From Octopus vulgaris (taxonomy: Eukaryota), in the NCBI GenBank assembly GCA_951406725.2, contig OX597826.1:69440001-69504000 (forward strand): DNA of 64,000 bases, given 5' to 3'. Each line of letters starts with the position of its first letter. Within the stretch, counting starts at the first letter, position 1. Shown here in pieces: positions 56,160-64,000 of the stretch. A model generated the notes under the pieces. That model saw nothing but the letters and a program-made list of their open reading frames with translations. It made no database searches and was not told where the DNA came from. A program made the position numbers and the translations under genes.

Positions 56160-57560
56160 AGTATAATAACATAGAGTATAATAAATATATATTATTAAGA
56201 AGGGACTATATAATTTCTTAACGCTACAGCTGTTTCAGGGTTCTTGGAATTACGTAATAATAGTAATGGTATAATCTACAAATAATGTGCAAAAACATTG
56301 GGAATGTAACTATTAAATAGAAACACAGAAGTGTGTGACCAGATTTCTTCTTCAAGAAGAAACTAGCCAAAGCTTTTCATATAAAAGATCGTGAGTTTTA
56401 AAGACTGAAGGGAGAGGGGGGAAGAATTAATGCAAAAGGCGGTGTGATTGAAGATATAAGCGGCGTAGAAATAGGGGAGAGATGCAGAGATGAAGAAATG
56501 CAAGGGAAGAGTTGAATAGATGAAACGGAGAGAGGAGGGAAGAAGTCACATTTAGGGTTAGTGTGGTGAAAAGTAAGCGTCTCATTAAGCCGACTTTAAA
56601 GCAATTAAGAATGGTAGTTGGTTATACAGAGGAAAAGAAAGATACAAATAATAAACTAAAGAAATAGGGTGGGAGAGAGAGAGTAAGATATGCTAAGATA
56701 GGGATAATGGTGCAAGGAGAACAGAAGGAAATTATGTTAGCGTAGCTAAGTAATAAGCAACGGCTCGTCGGCAATAAAGAAATATCATAAAGACTTTACG
56801 CAATGGTCAAAAGTGGAATAAATTTATATTTACATGTGAAGATTACATCAGAACACATTGAGTAACAATAGGCTACGGTGGCGATGTATGGCGAGCGATT
56901 CTCAGTAATACAACTTACAAGTGCAGTGGATAATATTGTACAGGGAAGTCACACAAACTACGGATAAAGGTAAGTTACTAGGAATATTCTGGGACTTGAG
57001 TTAGTGTAAGTGGCTAGAAGAGTAAAGAGCTTAGAGACTCCGTTTGAGAACGAATTCGTGTGATGCCGGTAGTGATGCTTGAAGTCAACAGTGCAGCCAA
57101 TGTAAACTCTAGCCTGTTGGGAACGTGGGCTTATTTACCCGGCATTTATATACGGTATTATAGCATAAATAAAAAAAATATCCAACGGTCATAGTTGGGA
57201 GACTAGGAAATTACGGAATTTCCCATCTGATCTGATTCATATGAGCCGTTGTTCCCAAAGTGGTGTCAGGGTTGTTATAGCTACAAGTAAGGGTTGGGAG
57301 GGGGGGTCACCGCAATTAAATATGTGACAGGGTTAGTAGTGATATGGGCGGTAGTATCAGGGTTGCTGTTTTTAAAGAGGATCCTCTCAGAGCTACTTGC
57401 ATATGAATATCGAAACCCAAGCAAACGACGTGGAAAGCAAATAGACGAGAGAGAAAAAGGGAAAGGAAAGGAAAATAACGCCGAATCCTTAATGAAATCA
57501 ACAACAAGGCTATACAAACGAGAGAAATATGGAGGAAGTCAAAAATGCTAATAAAATACC
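56160..57560 (-). mobile_element. Penelope-like element, 3' part (RT C-terminus, GIY-YIG endonuclease, terminal region)
   Basis: Minus-strand LPPYFS...FPFPFSLSSICFPRRLLGFRYSY, then NTVYKCRV, RVYIGCTVDFKHHYRHHTNSF (YIG at 57104-57096), LKSQNIP, CTCKLYY*ESLAI and LLN..SDVIFTCKYK. Frameshifted. Confidence 0.85.
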
Positions 57561-57569
57561 ACATTACAA

Positions 57570-58330
57570 ATAAAAGAAGGACCATATGCCAAAAAACACT
57601 TGAAACAAGAGATACTCGTTAAATCTCAAAGAAATATATCGGAATAAAAACTGAGGATTATTCGAACGAAACCCTTTCAATGTCAGAAAGATTTTCTCAA
57701 GAACTTCATAAAATAAAATATGAAATAGAAATCAACCTAACATCACTTGCAAAATATCTTGGAGAATTTATCTAGAGAGAGTGTGGGCCACGAAAATATC
57801 ACAGAAGAAAAGATCGCTCCAAACAACGAACATATCATCTGAAGAATTGCTGGAGGCCATAACAATAGAGCAGTGCTTTTCAAACTTTTTGCTGGAGCGG
57901 AACCCCAAGGAAACATTCCACTGGCTCGAGGAACCCCTGTGCAATAATTTAATAGTCTTATGCACACATATCTGCACAGGAGAATTATAAATTACGGCTG
58001 ATTTTAGCAGTTTTGTAACTTCTTGCGGAACCCCTGGACTGTACTGTCGGAACCCTAACGTTCCGTGGAACCCTGGTTGAAAACCACTGCAATAGAGGTT
58101 TAGCTCCTGAAAAGCAAAACCGGACAAATAGGACACCAGGATATGATAATATGCCAAAATTTATCCTTATATATTTAACAGGCGCTCTTAACGTACGAGA
58201 AGAGAAGTTTCATCAGATATGGACGGAGCTAAACACGACGGGGTTAACAAACCGTTTTGATCGTTAAGACGAAATTAAGAAAGGTTTTATCAAACCACAA
58301 AATTGCAAACCCCATAACCTAGTTTCACCC
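57570..58330 (+). pseudogene. Possible degraded RTE/RTEX LINE RT C-terminal fragment, split by the hAT MITE
   Basis: KYLGEFI motif at about 57751; other similarity is weak. Confidence 0.35.
57871..58089. mobile_element. hAT (Charlie-type) MITE, 219 bp
   Basis: TIRs cagtgcttttcaa / ttgaaaaccactg, a perfect 8-bp TSD caatagag (57863-57870, 58090-58097) and internal ggaaccc repeats. Confidence 0.96.
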
Positions 58331-58659
58331 GAATAGCAAAACTTTAATTGAAATAATATTTCAAATACTCAAAAGGAGAAAAAAAAAAAAAAAAAAAAAA
58401 CAAGTGGTGGGAAAAATAACATCAAAAACAAAAGGATATGTTGCTTTGAGAAGAGAAGAAACGATGAGGTGAAAGGCGTATTACGGCTGTAAAGTTTTAA
58501 TTACCTATCGACATGTTTGTGGTGGTGGTGGTGGTGGTGGTAGTGGTGGTGGTAGTGGCAGTGGTGGTGGTGATAGTGGTAACGATAATGATGTTAGGGT
58601 GGAGGAGAAGGAGGAGGAGGAAGCAGTTGAGGAGGAGGTAGAGGAGGAGGAGAGAGAGA

Positions 58660-58696
<37 letters not shown>

Positions 58697-58729
58697 TTCG
58701 AGTTATTTCACAGATGTAACTTATGTATG

Positions 58730-58802
<73 letters not shown>

Positions 58803-59019
58803 GTGTGTGTGTATCATTTACGCGAAGTTTGTGAGTAGACAACTTAATGGATGGAGGGGTGGGTAATGCTTCTACTTAGTGAGATAAGATAATTAAATAC
58901 ATCGAACAGAAAATGAGTGTAAACTTGAAAAAAACAAACAAAAACAAAACAGAATCGTAATCATACAAATAGATCAATAGATACACATTATATTATATGT
59001 ATATATATAAATAGATATA

Positions 59020-60737
<1,718 letters not shown>

Positions 60738-61323
60738 CCCGATGCTGGCCATGTTGTATGAGAGCTGTGTTATCAATACAAATTGTTTTATTGACGAATC
60801 CGGAATATTTTAGGTTTCCTTTTTAGTTTTCGCCCTCTCCTAGAATAGTTATTTGCAGCAAGTAAATCTATAGAGAAAACCTAGACATTTTTCATTTTTT
60901 TTATTCCCTCATTTTTTTTGTGTGTTTTTTTAGTTTTTGCTGTTTTTTAACGATTTCTTCGAAGTTCTCCGACCGAATTGTATATAAGGTGCTAATCTTT
61001 TTGTCTGTCATTGTTTATGCTTAATCCCCTGATGACGCAAATTGCCGCAAATGGCTCTGCCGCTATGTCGCCAGTAGAAACAAGTAGAAACACGTGGTCT
61101 ATGTTGGCGCTGTACATTTGCATGCTTGTGTGTGTGTGTGTTTCTATGCGTGTGTATGTATTTGGTAGGCTATGTGTAACTATGTCCGCATTATTGGTGT
61201 TCATTCTTTTTCATTTTATTGCAATATATTTCGCATTTACGTGTTTATCCACCCACGCATACAAACAAATATGTATGTATATATAATATAGGCTTGTGTG
61301 TGTGTTCGTATATATATATATAT

Positions 61324-61541
61324 TACAAAAATGGGACAAGAACGCAAAACATCCAGACAGTTAGGTAATACAAAAAAGGGACAACAAAACACCCAGACAG
61401 ACGATACAAAGAAAACATGGACGGGTCATTCGTAGTTTTCTTTCTTCTGTCGAGTTCCAGATTATCTTTGCAATTTCGGCTGGTTATACTCGAGATTGCT
61501 CCAATCTGGCCAGCCCCAAGTAAAAACTAAGCTAAGAGCAC
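61324..61541 (-). mobile_element. Unclassified repeat fragment ending at (TA)n, possibly a Penelope-type end
   Basis: Complex sequence with an internal direct repeat gggacaa.aa...aaaaca.ccagacag. On the minus strand a ggctgg/ccagcc helix is followed by GAAA. Confidence 0.4.
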
Positions 61542-62594
61542 TGTGCGTTTGTATGTATATGGCCAAGCATATAAATGCCATAAACGCATTTATATTTTTC
61601 AATGTGTGTGTGTGTGTTTGTGTGCATATGTACATATAGTTATAGGATTCAAGAAATGGAACAGAAGAACGACAAATAAACGAACGGAAAAGTCATGCTC
61701 TTACCTCCTCAGGTTATCGTCCAAAAATCATTAGAATTTCACGTCTCCAACTATAATATTATTCATTTTGATGGCGTCAACAGCAAAACAGTTGCAGGAA
61801 ATAATGAGCGTTCGTGGAGTACAATGACGAAAACGAACACGACATAGGTAATAGTTGTATATAAATATACAAACAAAATATACAAGCAAAATAATACGAC
61901 TCTGAGACAGCAATAGGACAAGACGTGTAGAAATAACACAATGGAAAATTATGTCCTATTGGAGTTGAAAAGGAAAGTGGATTAAATGAAATGATAGACG
62001 GCAAGAGAAAACGAAATGTGATAGAAAAATGAAACTAGTGCTGAAGGTAGAGGAGAAAGGGAGAGCCCTGGAAACGTTTGAACGAATGAATCAAAGATCA
62101 GGCGAATAAAGGAAGTTCAAAGGAGAAACAGGATGGTCGTTGGTCGCATTGTAGAGAGAGGAGAGGAGAGAGGAGCCGAGGAAAAAGTAGTGAAGGGGCA
62201 GAGAAAAAAGGGCTGAATTAGAGACAGAAGACAATTTTATCACATCTCCCAGATTCATTATTCCCTAGCTAGCAAATCGCGAAATGGAAACCTAGAATTT
62301 TAATTCCATTGTGATTCTCAAATTTTTTTTTTTTCTTTTTCTACAAATGTTAAATAAAACCATAAGGAAGGCTGAAAACAAGTATTGTGCTACATGTTGT
62401 TTATGGCTTCTTCAAATGTTTATACACGCAATATATACACATACATTCATTCATACATGACGATAAATATGCCTATACACATTTACATGTACATGTGTGT
62501 GTGTATGAATGCATGTATACATATATATATACATATATATACATGTATATATATATGTATGTATATATATATATATGTATATGTATGTATATAT

Positions 62595-62676
<82 letters not shown>

Positions 62677-62977
62677 TGTTGATGTGTTCGTTGTGCTTTG
62701 CAAACAATATTGGCAGTTTGGAATTATATAATGGCTTATTGTTGTTGTTGCTGTAATTACTTGTTACTGCGCAAGTTTCTTTTGTTGCTATATTACTTAA
62801 TAGTATAACTGTTGCTGCTGCTGCTGCTGTCTTTGTTGTTATTAATGTTGTTAATATAGTTGTACTTACTCTTCATGTTATTGTTGTTATGTTGGTGTTT
62901 TCCAACGTTACTGTTCATTCTGATGCTAAACAGCATTACACACACGTTTACGTACTTACATATGCTATCTCTATGCA

Positions 62978-63011
<34 letters not shown>

Positions 63012-63306
63012 CATACATGCATACGTACATATATGTATGTGTATGTGTGCATACGTATATTCGCACAACACAAACTTTCTCTCTCTTACCCTCCTCACGT
63101 TATCTCTCACACAAATATACACACGAGCGTACAAACACCGCAAGAACACCCAAACATATACCATACATACAGCTATCCATCCATCTATCCATCCATCTAT
63201 CCATCCACCCATCCATCCAACCTTTTATGAACATATACAATTATTTTGTGTGAAGTTTGTGTGTGTGTATGTGTGTTTATGTATATATTATACATGTATT
63301 TATATG

Positions 63307-63352
<46 letters not shown>

Positions 63353-64000
63353 AATATATATATAAAATATATATAAATATATATATAAATATATATATAA
63401 ATGTATATATATATAAATGTATATATATATATATATACAAGTATATTTATATGTATATATATATATATAAATATATATATATGTATGTATTAATGGATGT
63501 ATGTATAGGTTTATGTATATATATTTGTAAATATTGTATATATGTATGTATGTATATATATTATATATATACATACACTCACACACACAGACGTATAACA
63601 TAATATCATACACATAATATAATATACAAATAGTTTTTCTTCTAGATATTTCCACTCCTTTATTCGCCTCATATATCACACAGTGAAGTTAACTTTCGAC
63701 TGACTGAAAACATTTTATTGTAACAAAGCTATAAAAAGATGGTTTTATTGTAACATTACAGTAAGTGTTCAATCAAGCTTTCTCGTCTTTCTTCAATCAC
63801 ACTTTCTACAAAACCGCCATTTTAGATTTAGAACACCACTATAAAGTTCAGCTTCAATAAATCCATTTGTTTCAGAAATAATCTTTCTTTTTCAATTGAT
63901 ATTGTCTGTGGATTTTAACATAAACCAACATTATGCAAAAGTCTTGCAACACTTCATTGTTGCAAGAATTTAACTGTAGCAATTGAAAATTTCGATGTAC

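Noticed and set aside
56344-56396. Plus-strand peptide KKKLAKAFHIKDRE resembling a GIY-YIG C-terminus
   Set aside because: Isolated and opposite to the well-supported minus-strand PLE reading.
63942-63967. Perfect 10-bp hairpin tcttgcaaca/tgttgcaaga
   Set aside because: Too short for a pre-miRNA and without context at the window edge.

Overview
A gene-poor, AT-rich eukaryotic window that is almost certainly octopus (coleoid cephalopod) intronic or intergenic DNA. This assignment is inferred from the SINE families and the extreme microsatellite load. No host protein-coding exon, rRNA, true tRNA gene or CRISPR array is supported, and nearly all listed ORFs are microsatellite artefacts. The window is a mosaic of (TA)n, (CA)n, (GATA)n, (CATA)n and (TTA)n tracts and at least four tRNA-derived SINE families. 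It also holds decayed DNA transposons (a DD34D mariner, a DD37D/maT element, a long-inverted-arm mariner derivative, a hAT MITE with a perfect 8-bp TSD, Helitron ends) and LINE fragments (CR1/L2-like, RTE-like, R4/Dong-like). The most interesting signal is a dense set of about ten hammerhead-ribozyme-like motifs. Three lie just downstream of decayed Penelope GIY-YIG endonuclease fragments, and four form a short (TA)n-associated family with a minimal, probably dimer-dependent core. Other notable signals are a SINE-LINE shared 3' tail with a compensatory hairpin, nested insertions and long fold-back structures. All translations, alignments and folds were done by eye, and boundaries are approximate unless a TSD is quoted.
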